Position numbers and translations under genes: made by a program. Below the pieces are notes generated by a model. The model was not told the DNA's origin. It searched no databases and worked only from the letters and a program-made list of their open reading frames with translations. Below are positions 39,697-48,651 of a stretch of DNA of 64,000 nt, piece after piece (positions within the stretch are counted from its first letter, which is position 1; each line of letters starts with the position of its first letter). The DNA lies in NCBI GenBank assembly GCA_963783305.1, contig CAWAMW010000002.1, forward strand, positions 96,001-160,000, read 5' to 3'. This stretch comes from an uncultured Gemmatimonadales bacterium. Lineage in GTDB: Bacteria; Gemmatimonadota; Gemmatimonadetes; Longimicrobiales; RSA9.

Positions 39697-40914
39697 CTAC
39701 ACCGTTCGGGGCGCCAGCTCCACCTTCACCCACCCCTGTTCCCGGCGATCGAACGACTCGAACGCCGAGATGGCATCCGTGAGGGGCTCGAGCTGCGTCA
39801 GGAGCTTCGACGGCTCGAACACACCGGACGCCGCGAGCTCCACCAGGTGGGGGATGTACTTCCGGTGGTGGCAGTTGCCCATGTTGAGGGTCAGGTTCTT
39901 GTTCATGGCCTGGCCGATGGGGAAGGTCATGGAGTCCTCGGCGTACACGCCGATGATGGAGAGGGTGCCGGCCTTGGCCAGTGCGGCGGTGCCCCAGCGG
40001 AGCACCTGGGAGGGCGCATCGCCGGGCTTCCAGAGGTCGCCCTCGGGGTTCCGGTCCGGCGCGATCTCATCGACCTCCTCCTGGAACTCCTCGGCGTTCT
40101 CCCGGGCCTCGTCCGCGGCGGGGCCCGCGTGGGGATGCTCCGCATCCACGCCCACGGCGTCGATGGCCCGGTCGGCTCCGATCCCGCCCGTGAGCTCGAG
40201 GATCGCCTCGATGGGGTCCTCCGCATCGAAGTTGATCACCTCCGCGCCCTGGCCGCGGGCCATCTCGAGACGGGACTCCACGGCGTCCACGGCCAGGACC
40301 CTGCCGGCGTCCATGAGGAGGGCGCTGGCGATGGCGAACTGGCCCACGGGTCCGCAGCCGAACACCACGACGGTGTCCCCCGGCTCGATCTCGGCCATCT
40401 CGGCGCCGAACCAGCCGGTGGGGAAGATGTCGGAGATGAGGATGGCGTCGTCGTCATCCACGCGCTCGGGGAGCCGAACCAGTCCCACGTTGGCGAAGGG
40501 GATGCGGGCGTACTCGGCCTGGAGCCCATGGAACGGACCGCTGGACTCGGGTCCGCCGAAGAACGCGGTGCCGGCGAGTGGGCCGTTGGGATTGGCGTTG
40601 TCGCACTGGGCGTAATACCCAGCCCGGCAGTAGGAGCAGTAGCCGCAGGCGATGGTGGAGGGGATCACCACGCGATCGCCGGGCCGGAGGTTCCGGATGC
40701 CCGTCCCGACTTCCTCCACGATCCCGACGCCCTCGTGCCCGAGGATGGTGCCGGGCTTCATTCCGCTGAGGGTGCCCCGGATCATGTGCAGGTCCGTGCC
40801 GCAGATGGCGCTGGCGGTCAGCCGGACGATGGCGTCCGTCGGTTCCTGGATCTCGGGCTCCGGGACGTCGTCCAGCCGGATGTCCCCCACGTCGTGCCAC
40901 ACCACTGCCTTCAT
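39697..40914 (-). CDS. Zinc-dependent alcohol dehydrogenase (glutathione-independent formaldehyde dehydrogenase-like)
   Basis: MKAVVW, ICGTDLH, LGHEGVG, CGYCSYC..C, SDIFPTG, GCGPVG. Confidence 0.93.
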   Translation of the reverse strand: MKAVVWHDVGDIRLDDVPEPEIQEPTDAIVRLTASAICGTDLHMIRGTLSGMKPGTILGHEGVGIVEEVGTGIRNLRPGDRVVIPSTIACGYCSYCRAGYYAQCDNANPNGPLAGTAFFGGPESSGPFHGLQAEYARIPFANVGLVRLPERVDDDDAILISDIFPTGWFGAEMAEIEPGDTVVVFGCGPVGQFAIASALLMDAGRVLAVDAVESRLEMARGQGAEVINFDAEDPIEAILELTGGIGADRAIDAVGVDAEHPHAGPAADEARENAEEFQEEVDEIAPDRNPEGDLWKPGDAPSQVLRWGTAALAKAGTLSIIGVYAEDSMTFPIGQAMNKNLTLNMGNCHHRKYIPHLVELAASGVFEPSKLLTQLEPLTDAISAFESFDRREQGWVKVELAPRTV

Positions 40915-41009
40915 TGCGCCGCCTCCTGTGCCATATGAAAACGGCCGACCCGGGACGAGTCCGGGCCGGCGTCGGTCATGAGGCTCGTCGGCGCACTGAT
41001 CGTGCCGGC

Positions 41010-42605
41010 TCATCCATCCGCGGCAGCGGCTCCCGTGTCGAGCGTCCGTCGGGCCAGCGCGGCGCGATCGGGCTTTCCGGATCCCAGCCGCGGGATGGCG
41101 TCGAGGGCGACGAACGACCTGGGGACCTTGAAGCGCGCGAGTCGGGCCGCCGCGAAGTCCCGGACCGGCCCCAGCGGATCCGCCACCCCGGCGCTCGGGG
41201 CGTCGTCGGGCGCCCGTCCACCGCCCAGCACCACGTAGGCACGGCCGACCTCGCCCCAGACGTCGTCCGGGACACCCACGACCACCACCTCGGCCACGCC
41301 GGGCGCGTCGGCCAGGACCGCCTCCACCTCGGCGGGGAACACGTTCTCGCCACCGCTGATGAACATCTCCTTGCGACGGCCGCAGATGGTGTAGCGGCCC
41401 GCCTCGTCCATTCGGGCGATATCGCCCGTGCGGAGCCAGCCGCCGGCGGTGAACGCCTCCCGGGTACGCTCCGGGTCGTGGAGGTAGCCGGCGAACAGCT
41501 GCGGCCCCCGCAGCAGGAGCTCGCCCTCCTCGCCCGGCCCCACGTCCTCGCCACTGGCGTCGACCCGACGCGCGCGCAGCGACGGCACCGGCCGGCCCAC
41601 CGCGCCGGGGTTCGCCTCCGCCTCCTCGAGTGAGAGGGTGAAGCAGTTCGGCCCGCACTCGGTCAGGCCGTACCCTTCCTTGAACCGGTAGCCCGCGGCT
41701 CGCACGGCGGCCGCGACCGCGGGGGGGCACGGCGCGCCGCCGGAAATGAAGAAGCGGAGCGCCGGGAGCTCCATCCCCCAGGCGTCGCCCCGCTGGAGGA
41801 GCAGGAGCTGGGTGGGGACGGTGAGCGCCACCGTGCACGCTTCGTCGGCCAGGGCGCGCAGGAACTCGTCCGCGTCGAAATCCTCGAACAGCACGACGCG
41901 CCCGCCCCGCTGCCAGAGCGGCGTCGCGAAGACGTTCCAGCCACCGGTATGGAAGAGGGGTGTGGTGATGGGCGCCACATCGTTCGCTCCGAGCTCCCAG
42001 CCGGTGGTCGTGGCCACGGCGTTGTGGAAGAGCTGCCGGTGGGGCAGCAGCGCGCCCTTGGGCCGACCGGTCGTCCCGGACGTGTAGAGCACCAGCACTG
42101 GCGACTCGGGGTCCGCCGGCTGCTCGATGCCCCAGGGCTCGGCGGCCTCGAGGAGCGCCGGAACGTCCTCCTCCAGGTCGAGCCACTCCGCCGCGACGTC
42201 CGCCCCGGCCTCCGCCGCCAGCGCCGCGCTCTCCGGATCATGGAAGAGCACGGCCGGCTGAGAGTCCGCCACGATTACCGCCAGCTCCGGCGCGGCGAGT
42301 CGCCAGTTGTACGGGACGAGTGCGGCCCCGCGCCGGCCGCAGGCGAGGAAGAGGGCCACGAGCTCGAGCCGGTTCCGCGACAGCACCCCCACGCGGTCTC
42401 CGGGTCCCACGTCCAGGGACCGGAGCAGACCCGTCCACCGGGCGGCGACGTCGTCCAGCTCGGCGTAGGAGAGGCGGGCGCCGGTCCGGCGGTCCACAAG
42501 AGCGACGCGCTTGGGGTCATGGCGCGCCCAGAACCCCATGGGGTCCGGCTGCTCGGCCAGCAAGGGGCGGGCATCCGGCGCTGCCGGTCCGCTCCGCTCC
42601 CTCAT
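41010..42605 (-). CDS. AMP-dependent acyl-CoA ligase (MenE/FadD-like)
   Basis: YTSGTTGRPKG, PLFHTGG, GYGLTE, TGD, GRRKEMFISGGENV, GSGK. Confidence 0.92.
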   Translation of the reverse strand: MRERSGPAAPDARPLLAEQPDPMGFWARHDPKRVALVDRRTGARLSYAELDDVAARWTGLLRSLDVGPGDRVGVLSRNRLELVALFLACGRRGAALVPYNWRLAAPELAVIVADSQPAVLFHDPESAALAAEAGADVAAEWLDLEEDVPALLEAAEPWGIEQPADPESPVLVLYTSGTTGRPKGALLPHRQLFHNAVATTTGWELGANDVAPITTPLFHTGGWNVFATPLWQRGGRVVLFEDFDADEFLRALADEACTVALTVPTQLLLLQRGDAWGMELPALRFFISGGAPCPPAVAAAVRAAGYRFKEGYGLTECGPNCFTLSLEEAEANPGAVGRPVPSLRARRVDASGEDVGPGEEGELLLRGPQLFAGYLHDPERTREAFTAGGWLRTGDIARMDEAGRYTICGRRKEMFISGGENVFPAEVEAVLADAPGVAEVVVVGVPDDVWGEVGRAYVVLGGGRAPDDAPSAGVADPLGPVRDFAAARLARFKVPRSFVALDAIPRLGSGKPDRAALARRTLDTGAAAADG

Positions 42606-43669
42606 GAGTCGCGGCCCGGCTGCTCGAGAAAGAACCGGAAGACCTGTTCCGTGGCGTCGGGACCGGCGGGATCGGTGTAGCTCCCTTCACCGGCGCCGCC
42701 GCTCCAGGCGTGACCCATTCCTTCCACCAGCCAGTACTCCAGCGCCACCGGCGCACCGCGATAGACGCAGCGGCGGGCGGGGGCGGTCGCCTCCACGCGG
42801 GACGACTCCGCCGTAAGCCCGGCCACGCTCGGGCAGGCGGGGGGGCCAGCCTCCGCACCGCCGGTTCCCTCTCCCGGCTCGACCTCCCGGGATTCCATCC
42901 TCATCGCGCCCATGGCCACACCGGCCCACTGCCGCAGCGCCTGCTCCCCGTTGACGGCGCGGACCACGGGATCCGCTTCGCCGTGGAGCACGATCGTGGG
43001 AATGGGCCGGGCCCGCTCCCCCATCGCGTCCAGCACCCGCGCCGGCAGCGTTTCAGGATCCGTCGTGCCCTGCTGGAGCACCGCCAGCGCCGCAGGGACA
43101 TCGCGCGCGCCGCCAAACGCCGGCGCGGAGTGGACCGCGAGACCCGCGAACAGCTCCGGATACACCGCGACCAGGATCTGCGCCATCGATCCGCCGGCGG
43201 AGATCCCGGCGACGAAGACACGCTCGGGGTCCGCTGCGGTCTCCTCCACCGCGTACCGGATCAGTCCCGCCAGCAGCGCCGGCTCACCCGCCCCCCTGCC
43301 CTGGTGCGCGGGGTCGAACCAGCTCCAGCACTTCTGCGGATTCGCCGTCGCCGGCTGCTCCGGATACAACACGATGAACCCCTCCGCCTCGGCGCGCTCG
43401 TTGGCCCGCGTCCCCGCCGCAAAGTCTTCCGGGTCCTGCGTGCAGCCGTGCAGCATGACGACCAGCCGCCGCCCCGGTTCCGGTGAGCCCGACGGCACGT
43501 ACAGCCGGTACCGCCGCGTCCCGTGCTCGTCGCTGTATTGACCTTCTCTGAACTCGCCCGACGTCGATGACATGGAGGGACCTGGTTCGAGGGCGCCGGA
43601 TGGGCCGGCGGCCGGACCGCTCCCGAGGAGCAGCCCGGCCACCGTCCACAGTGCGTGGATCGCACGCAT
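42602..43669 (-). CDS. PHB depolymerase family esterase (LpqC-like), exported
   Basis: Signal-like N-terminus; LHGCTQ, YPEQ..NPQKCWSWF, GISAGG, HGEADPVV, GMGHAWSGG. Confidence 0.88.
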   Translation of the reverse strand: MRAIHALWTVAGLLLGSGPAAGPSGALEPGPSMSSTSGEFREGQYSDEHGTRRYRLYVPSGSPEPGRRLVVMLHGCTQDPEDFAAGTRANERAEAEGFIVLYPEQPATANPQKCWSWFDPAHQGRGAGEPALLAGLIRYAVEETAADPERVFVAGISAGGSMAQILVAVYPELFAGLAVHSAPAFGGARDVPAALAVLQQGTTDPETLPARVLDAMGERARPIPTIVLHGEADPVVRAVNGEQALRQWAGVAMGAMRMESREVEPGEGTGGAEAGPPACPSVAGLTAESSRVEATAPARRCVYRGAPVALEYWLVEGMGHAWSGGAGEGSYTDPAGPDATEQVFRFFLEQPGRDS

Positions 43670-43673
43670 CCCG

Positions 43674-46139
43674 CTACCGGTGATACTTCACGCCCAGGAA
43701 CACCATCGTCCCGAGGGCGGGCATGTTCACCATCTCCTGGTGCCGCACACCAAAGCCGCACTCCGCCTCGACGGCGTTCGGGCCGGTCCCATCGCTCCGA
43801 CACCCGAACAAATTCGTCACGTTCATCATGACCTGCGTCCCGAACTGCTCCAGGTCGTACGCGACCGTGAGATCGAGCGTGTTGAACGTGGGGATCTTGC
43901 CCTTGTTGATCCCGGAGTTGAACTGATAGCCGGTGACGTGACGGAAGGTGGCGCCACCACTGAAGCCGGACACGTCGCGCACATCGGCGCCCAGCGTCCA
44001 CTTGGTTGTGGGCGAGTTCAGGGCGGTGGCTTCCAGGAGGGCGGCTGGCGTGGCCGGATCCTGCTCGTCCTGCCGCTCGATGAGGGACACGGTGGCCTTG
44101 GTCGTGACGTGGTCGGAGAACAGATAGCGTGCGCCCATGTCCGCGCCGAGGATCTCCGCCTCACCCGTGTTGAAGTAGGTCAGCACGATCTGCGGAGTGC
44201 CCGTGTCGCCCAGGATGGGATCCGTGCCATCGCCGAAGGAGACGGTCTGCCCCGCGTAGGGGTTGCCGATCGTGCCCAGCGGGCTGAAGAAATCGGTGTA
44301 CTGGGCGCGGTATCCCGTTACGTCCAGGTACAGCTTCTCGCCGAGGACGCCGCGATAGCCCAGCTCGATGGTGGTGTTCTCTTCCGGGACGAGCGGGTCG
44401 TAGGTGACGACGCTGCCATCGGCGTTTCGGACGGTGAAGCCCTGGGTGTTGCCGAACACGCCCACGGCCGGGACGAAGTCGGGGATCCAGAAGTTGGTCT
44501 GGAGGATGGTGGGCGACTTGAACGCGCGGTTGTAGGTCAGTCGGATCGCGTGGTCCTCGGCCGGCTTGAAGATGACCGCGGCCTTCGGACTCACCTGCGA
44601 ATCGTAGTTGTCGTGGGCGTCGAAGCGCGCGGCCAGCACCACGTCGAGCATCTCGTGGAGCGGGGTGCGGGTCTGGGCGTACAGCCCCCAGGTGTTGATC
44701 TCGACGTCCTGGTCATCGAAGCGATCGGTGAGCCACTCGCGATCGCTGCTCACCATGTCCCGCCGGACCTGCCCACCCCAGACGATCTGGGTCTCGGTGA
44801 GCGGGTTCGTTGCGCCGGCGAGGAAGTCGCCGATGGCGAAGTTGTTCTGGATCTCGGCCGCATACAGCCGACCGTTGCTCGGCCAGTCGCTCGCCTTTTT
44901 GATTTCGGCGTCGCTCATCCCCGCGAACGCCGGGGAGGCCCGGTTCTCGGTGAAGCGGTTGAGCGCGTAGGAGTCACCGGACTGCGACTGGTTCCGGTAG
45001 ACGTTCAGGTACCAGTGGTTGGTGCTGCCCTGGAGCTGGAGGAAGTTGTAGGTCCAGTCGATGAACTGGTTGCGGCCGACGTTGGTCTGTCCCACGCCGT
45101 CGCTCTGGCTGTACCCCGCGCTCAGCTCCAGCTTGTTCAGGCCGCCATAGTAGACCAGCCCGCCCTCTCCACGGATCACCTGGCTGGTGAAGTCGGCGCC
45201 GACCTCCGGCAGCTCGGCGGCGCCATAGGTTACGGTGTTCGAGAAATCGTCGGCGCGCTGGAACTCACCCGCCACCTTGTAGCCCCACGTGCCGTTGGCC
45301 ACTCCCGCGTGGCGGAACTGGATATCGCTGTAGCCGCCCACCTTGTCGCCGTCCTTGTCCAGGGCGCCGCCCGAAACCTCCACGGTGGTGCCGGGGAACT
45401 GGAGCGGGTCCTTGGTCTGGAGTGAGAGGACGCCATTGCTGGCGTCGGCGCCGTAGAGTGCTGCGCCCGGGCCCACGATGACCTCCGCGGAGGCCAGGTC
45501 GACCTTCGGGATCGCCGTGAAGATCCCCACCGGCAGCCCCGACTCCGGGAGCACCGACACGCGATTGTCCTCGAGCATCAGCATGCGGTTGTTGAACGAG
45601 GAGTTGAACCCCCGCGCGTTGATGGCCGCCGACGTGGCGCCCACCTGGATGTAGTCGAGGCCCTGCACTTCCTTGAGCGCGCCACTGAACGAGTTGCCGA
45701 CGGACATGTCGATCTCGGCGGCATCGATCCGCGTCACGGTCGCGGGCGCATCGGTGATGCGCTCCGCCCGTCGCGACGCAGAAACCACCACGCCGCCCAG
45801 CTCCAGCGCGGCGGTCTCCAGCACGATCTCCACGTCCGCCGTACCGCCCGCCGCCACCACCACGTTCTCGAACGCTCGCTCGCCGTAGCCGAGGTGCGTG
45901 ACCCGCACGGTATGGGTGCCGGCGGGAACCCCGCGGATCATGAAGTCGCCGCGCGCGGAGCTCAGAGCTCCGAGCGAGGTCCCATCGACGGTCACGCGAG
46001 CGCCCGGGATGGCCACGCCATCCGCGCTGAACACGGTGCCGGAGATGGCGCCCGTGCCCTGGGCGATCGCCGGGACGGGCAGGGCCAGCAGCACGGCCGC
46101 GAGGGCCACGCGCAGCCGGGTCGTCATTCGAGCACGCAT
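43674..46139 (-). CDS. TonB-dependent outer-membrane receptor
   Basis: Signal peptide, carboxypeptidase-regulatory-like N-terminal domain, VVVSASRR TonB box, GPGAALYG plug motif, barrel C-terminus. Confidence 0.92.
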   Translation of the reverse strand: MRARMTTRLRVALAAVLLALPVPAIAQGTGAISGTVFSADGVAIPGARVTVDGTSLGALSSARGDFMIRGVPAGTHTVRVTHLGYGERAFENVVVAAGGTADVEIVLETAALELGGVVVSASRRAERITDAPATVTRIDAAEIDMSVGNSFSGALKEVQGLDYIQVGATSAAINARGFNSSFNNRMLMLEDNRVSVLPESGLPVGIFTAIPKVDLASAEVIVGPGAALYGADASNGVLSLQTKDPLQFPGTTVEVSGGALDKDGDKVGGYSDIQFRHAGVANGTWGYKVAGEFQRADDFSNTVTYGAAELPEVGADFTSQVIRGEGGLVYYGGLNKLELSAGYSQSDGVGQTNVGRNQFIDWTYNFLQLQGSTNHWYLNVYRNQSQSGDSYALNRFTENRASPAFAGMSDAEIKKASDWPSNGRLYAAEIQNNFAIGDFLAGATNPLTETQIVWGGQVRRDMVSSDREWLTDRFDDQDVEINTWGLYAQTRTPLHEMLDVVLAARFDAHDNYDSQVSPKAAVIFKPAEDHAIRLTYNRAFKSPTILQTNFWIPDFVPAVGVFGNTQGFTVRNADGSVVTYDPLVPEENTTIELGYRGVLGEKLYLDVTGYRAQYTDFFSPLGTIGNPYAGQTVSFGDGTDPILGDTGTPQIVLTYFNTGEAEILGADMGARYLFSDHVTTKATVSLIERQDEQDPATPAALLEATALNSPTTKWTLGADVRDVSGFSGGATFRHVTGYQFNSGINKGKIPTFNTLDLTVAYDLEQFGTQVMMNVTNLFGCRSDGTGPNAVEAECGFGVRHQEMVNMPALGTMVFLGVKYHR

Positions 46140-46180
46140 CTGTACTCCTCCTTGATGGGGGATCGGGTCTGTGCCTGTTT

Positions 46181-46588
46181 CTATTCAGGCACCAGGAGCA
46201 GCGCCTCGCCGTCCAGCACGGTGCGGCCCTCCTGGTCCATGCAGGTGGTGGCGAGCCGCGCCCGCCGCCGTTCGGAATCCAGCTCTATGACTTCGACCCG
46301 GGCCGTGATCGTGCTTCCGATCGGGACCGGCCGGGTGAAACGGAGTGTCTGTCCGGTGTAGATGGCGCCCGCGCCCGGCAGCCGTGTGCCGAGGACCGCC
46401 GAGATCAGCCCGGCCGTCAGCATCCCGTGGGCGATCCGCTCACCGAACCGCGACCGGCGCGCCTCTTCCTCATCCACGTGCACCGGGTTCGTGTCGCCGG
46501 TGAGGCGCGCGAAATCGTCGATGTCCGCACCGCTGATGGTGCGCTCCATCTCCGCGGCCATGCCGACTTTCAGCTCTTCGAAACGCAT
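46181..46588 (-). CDS. MaoC-family (R)-specific enoyl-CoA hydratase (PhaJ-like)
   Basis: FARLTGDTNPVH, FGERIAHGML, LPGAGAIY. Confidence 0.9.
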   Translation of the reverse strand: MRFEELKVGMAAEMERTISGADIDDFARLTGDTNPVHVDEEEARRSRFGERIAHGMLTAGLISAVLGTRLPGAGAIYTGQTLRFTRPVPIGSTITARVEVIELDSERRRARLATTCMDQEGRTVLDGEALLLVPE

Positions 46589-48114
46589 CACACCTCCATG
46601 ACCAGGCGGACATCCTCGTCGATGGCGGTCTCGGGCGACTCCCGCGTCAGGGCGGACACGCCGAAGAAGACCAGGATCGACAGAACCAGGGACCCGCCGG
46701 CGACGGTGAGTCCGGTGGGCAGCGTGTAGGCGCCCAGGTACGCGAGCGTCTCGAAAAGGAGCGTCAGGACGAGCCCGGTTCCTATGGACGCGATGGCGCC
46801 CGCCCGCGTCGCGCCCTGCCAGTTCAGGCCGATCGCCAGCGCCGGTACCAGTGTGGAGGCGAAGAGACCCCAGCCGAAGATCCCCAGGAAAGCCACCAGC
46901 GTCCCGGAGACGTGCGCCGTGAAGGCCGCGGCGATGGAGATCGCGATCGTGGAGATACGTCCCCAGAGCAGCTCGTTCCCGACCTTCTTCCCCAGCGCCA
47001 CCGGGAGGTCGTGGGTGATGGCGGCGGCACCGATGTTCATGAACGAGTTCACCGTGCTCATGATCGCCGCGGCCACGCTCGAGAAGACAATGGCGGCCAG
47101 GAATATGGGTGTGTACCCGAGCAGGAAGATTGGCGTGGCCTCGTCGGCGTTGGCGAGCGGCGGCATCGCGCCCTCCACCACCAGCGCCTTCACCGCCACG
47201 CCCACGCCGAAGAAGAGGAGCGTGGCCATGATGAAGGCACCCGTGACCAGCAGCGGGTACCACTTGAGCTTCCGCGGGTCCCTCAGCATGTAGAACTTGT
47301 GGACCACATGGGGCTGCCCCAGCGAGCCGAGGCCGAACACGAAGAAGAAGGAGAGGGCCGCCAGGGGGGTCATGTGGCCCCAGGGCGCCAGGAACTCCGG
47401 GTCCGCCGCCAGGATCGACCGGGAGACGCCCGCCATCCCGCCGCCCGCCTCCAGCACGAAGAGGAAGACCAGCACGGAGGCGATGGCCATCAGCGTCCCC
47501 TGGAAGACATCGGCGTAGATCCCGGCGAGGATCCCGCCCGCCGCCGAGTAGGCCATGACGATCCCCATCCCCAACCAGATCCCCCAGCCGAGGCCGATCC
47601 CGAAGATGGCGTTGATGACCACGCCCAGCGCCAGGATATTCGTGGCCATGTAGCCGATCACCGCGATGAGGATCGAGATCCCGGCGAGGCCCTGGGCGGT
47701 CCGGGAGCGGTACCGTGCGCCGATGGCGTCCGGGACGGTGATCATGCGCCGGACCTCGGCCAGCAGACGCAGACGCTTGGCCAGCACCCACGCGCCCATG
47801 GAGTTGGTCAACGACGCCGGCAGGATGATGAACATGGCGCCCAGGCCAACCGTGTAGAGCAGACCCGGGCCGCCAATGAACGCAAAGCCCGAGAGCGTGG
47901 CCGACATGGCGGCGAGCGTCAGCGCCGCCAGCCCGATCCCCTGTCCCGCCACGAAGAAATCCTCCGCCGACCGCGTCTTCCGCGTCGCCCAGACGCCGAT
48001 CCCCGCCACCACGGAGAAATAGACCACCGCCACCGCCACGATGGTGGGCTGGGTCAGGGGCGGAAGCGCCTCCTGGACCACCGCGAGTGCCGGGGCGGCC
48101 GCGGACAGCCCCAT
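46588..48114 (-). CDS. Sodium:solute symporter
   Basis: FFVAG, SGFAFIGGPG, GQPH, AAIMSTVNS; about 13 TM segments. Confidence 0.9.
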   Translation of the reverse strand: MGLSAAAPALAVVQEALPPLTQPTIVAVAVVYFSVVAGIGVWATRKTRSAEDFFVAGQGIGLAALTLAAMSATLSGFAFIGGPGLLYTVGLGAMFIILPASLTNSMGAWVLAKRLRLLAEVRRMITVPDAIGARYRSRTAQGLAGISILIAVIGYMATNILALGVVINAIFGIGLGWGIWLGMGIVMAYSAAGGILAGIYADVFQGTLMAIASVLVFLFVLEAGGGMAGVSRSILAADPEFLAPWGHMTPLAALSFFFVFGLGSLGQPHVVHKFYMLRDPRKLKWYPLLVTGAFIMATLLFFGVGVAVKALVVEGAMPPLANADEATPIFLLGYTPIFLAAIVFSSVAAAIMSTVNSFMNIGAAAITHDLPVALGKKVGNELLWGRISTIAISIAAAFTAHVSGTLVAFLGIFGWGLFASTLVPALAIGLNWQGATRAGAIASIGTGLVLTLLFETLAYLGAYTLPTGLTVAGGSLVLSILVFFGVSALTRESPETAIDEDVRLVMEV

Positions 48115-48647
48115 CACCGTCCACCCTCCCCTGCCGCCCGCACGCCGGCGCCACCTACGGGCAGCGGCTCCGCACGCGCCATCGACTCGCGGGCCGCCGC
48201 ATCCGCCTTCCACCCCTTCGCGGCGCTCCGCACCCTCTCGAGGTCCGCCTCGCTCAGTGTGAACGCGTCGAACGTCCACGCGTAGGCCACCGGCACGATG
48301 AAGAAGGGGAGCACGCCCACCCCGTACAAGAGGACCGCTGCGCGAGGCGGCAGCCCCAGCCAGAGCGTCGGGTCGCCGGGCTCCGCGGGGGGCAGCACCA
48401 GGAGGGCCGCGAACCCGCCGCCCACGACCAGCAGCACCAGGCCGAACGCCGCGGCCAGACGTCCGTCGATCCGGCCGTTCCGGGCGGCGCCCACGGCCAT
48501 CATCGAGACCAGCGAGAGGCACGTCCCCGCCGCCAGCAGCCATGCGGCCCAGGCGGGCGGCGGTCCCGGGAGGAACGCAGAGCCGTAGGCCACGGCGATG
48601 AGTCCGATGGCCAGGGCGAACAGCATCAGGGCGAGTCGTTTTGTCAT
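48114..48647 (-). CDS. Small membrane protein, probable symporter partner
   Basis: Four hydrophobic segments, WLGLP motif; stop overlaps the symporter start. Confidence 0.7.
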   Translation of the reverse strand: MTKRLALMLFALAIGLIAVAYGSAFLPGPPPAWAAWLLAAGTCLSLVSMMAVGAARNGRIDGRLAAAFGLVLLVVGGGFAALLVLPPAEPGDPTLWLGLPPRAAVLLYGVGVLPFFIVPVAYAWTFDAFTLSEADLERVRSAAKGWKADAAARESMARAEPLPVGGAGVRAAGEGGR

Positions 48648-48651
48648 CGGC

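Noticed and set aside
39697..42186. 829-aa ADH fusion protein
   Set aside because: The N-terminal extension is an off-frame read of the acyl-CoA ligase; ADH starts at MKAVVW (40914) after a GGAGG RBS
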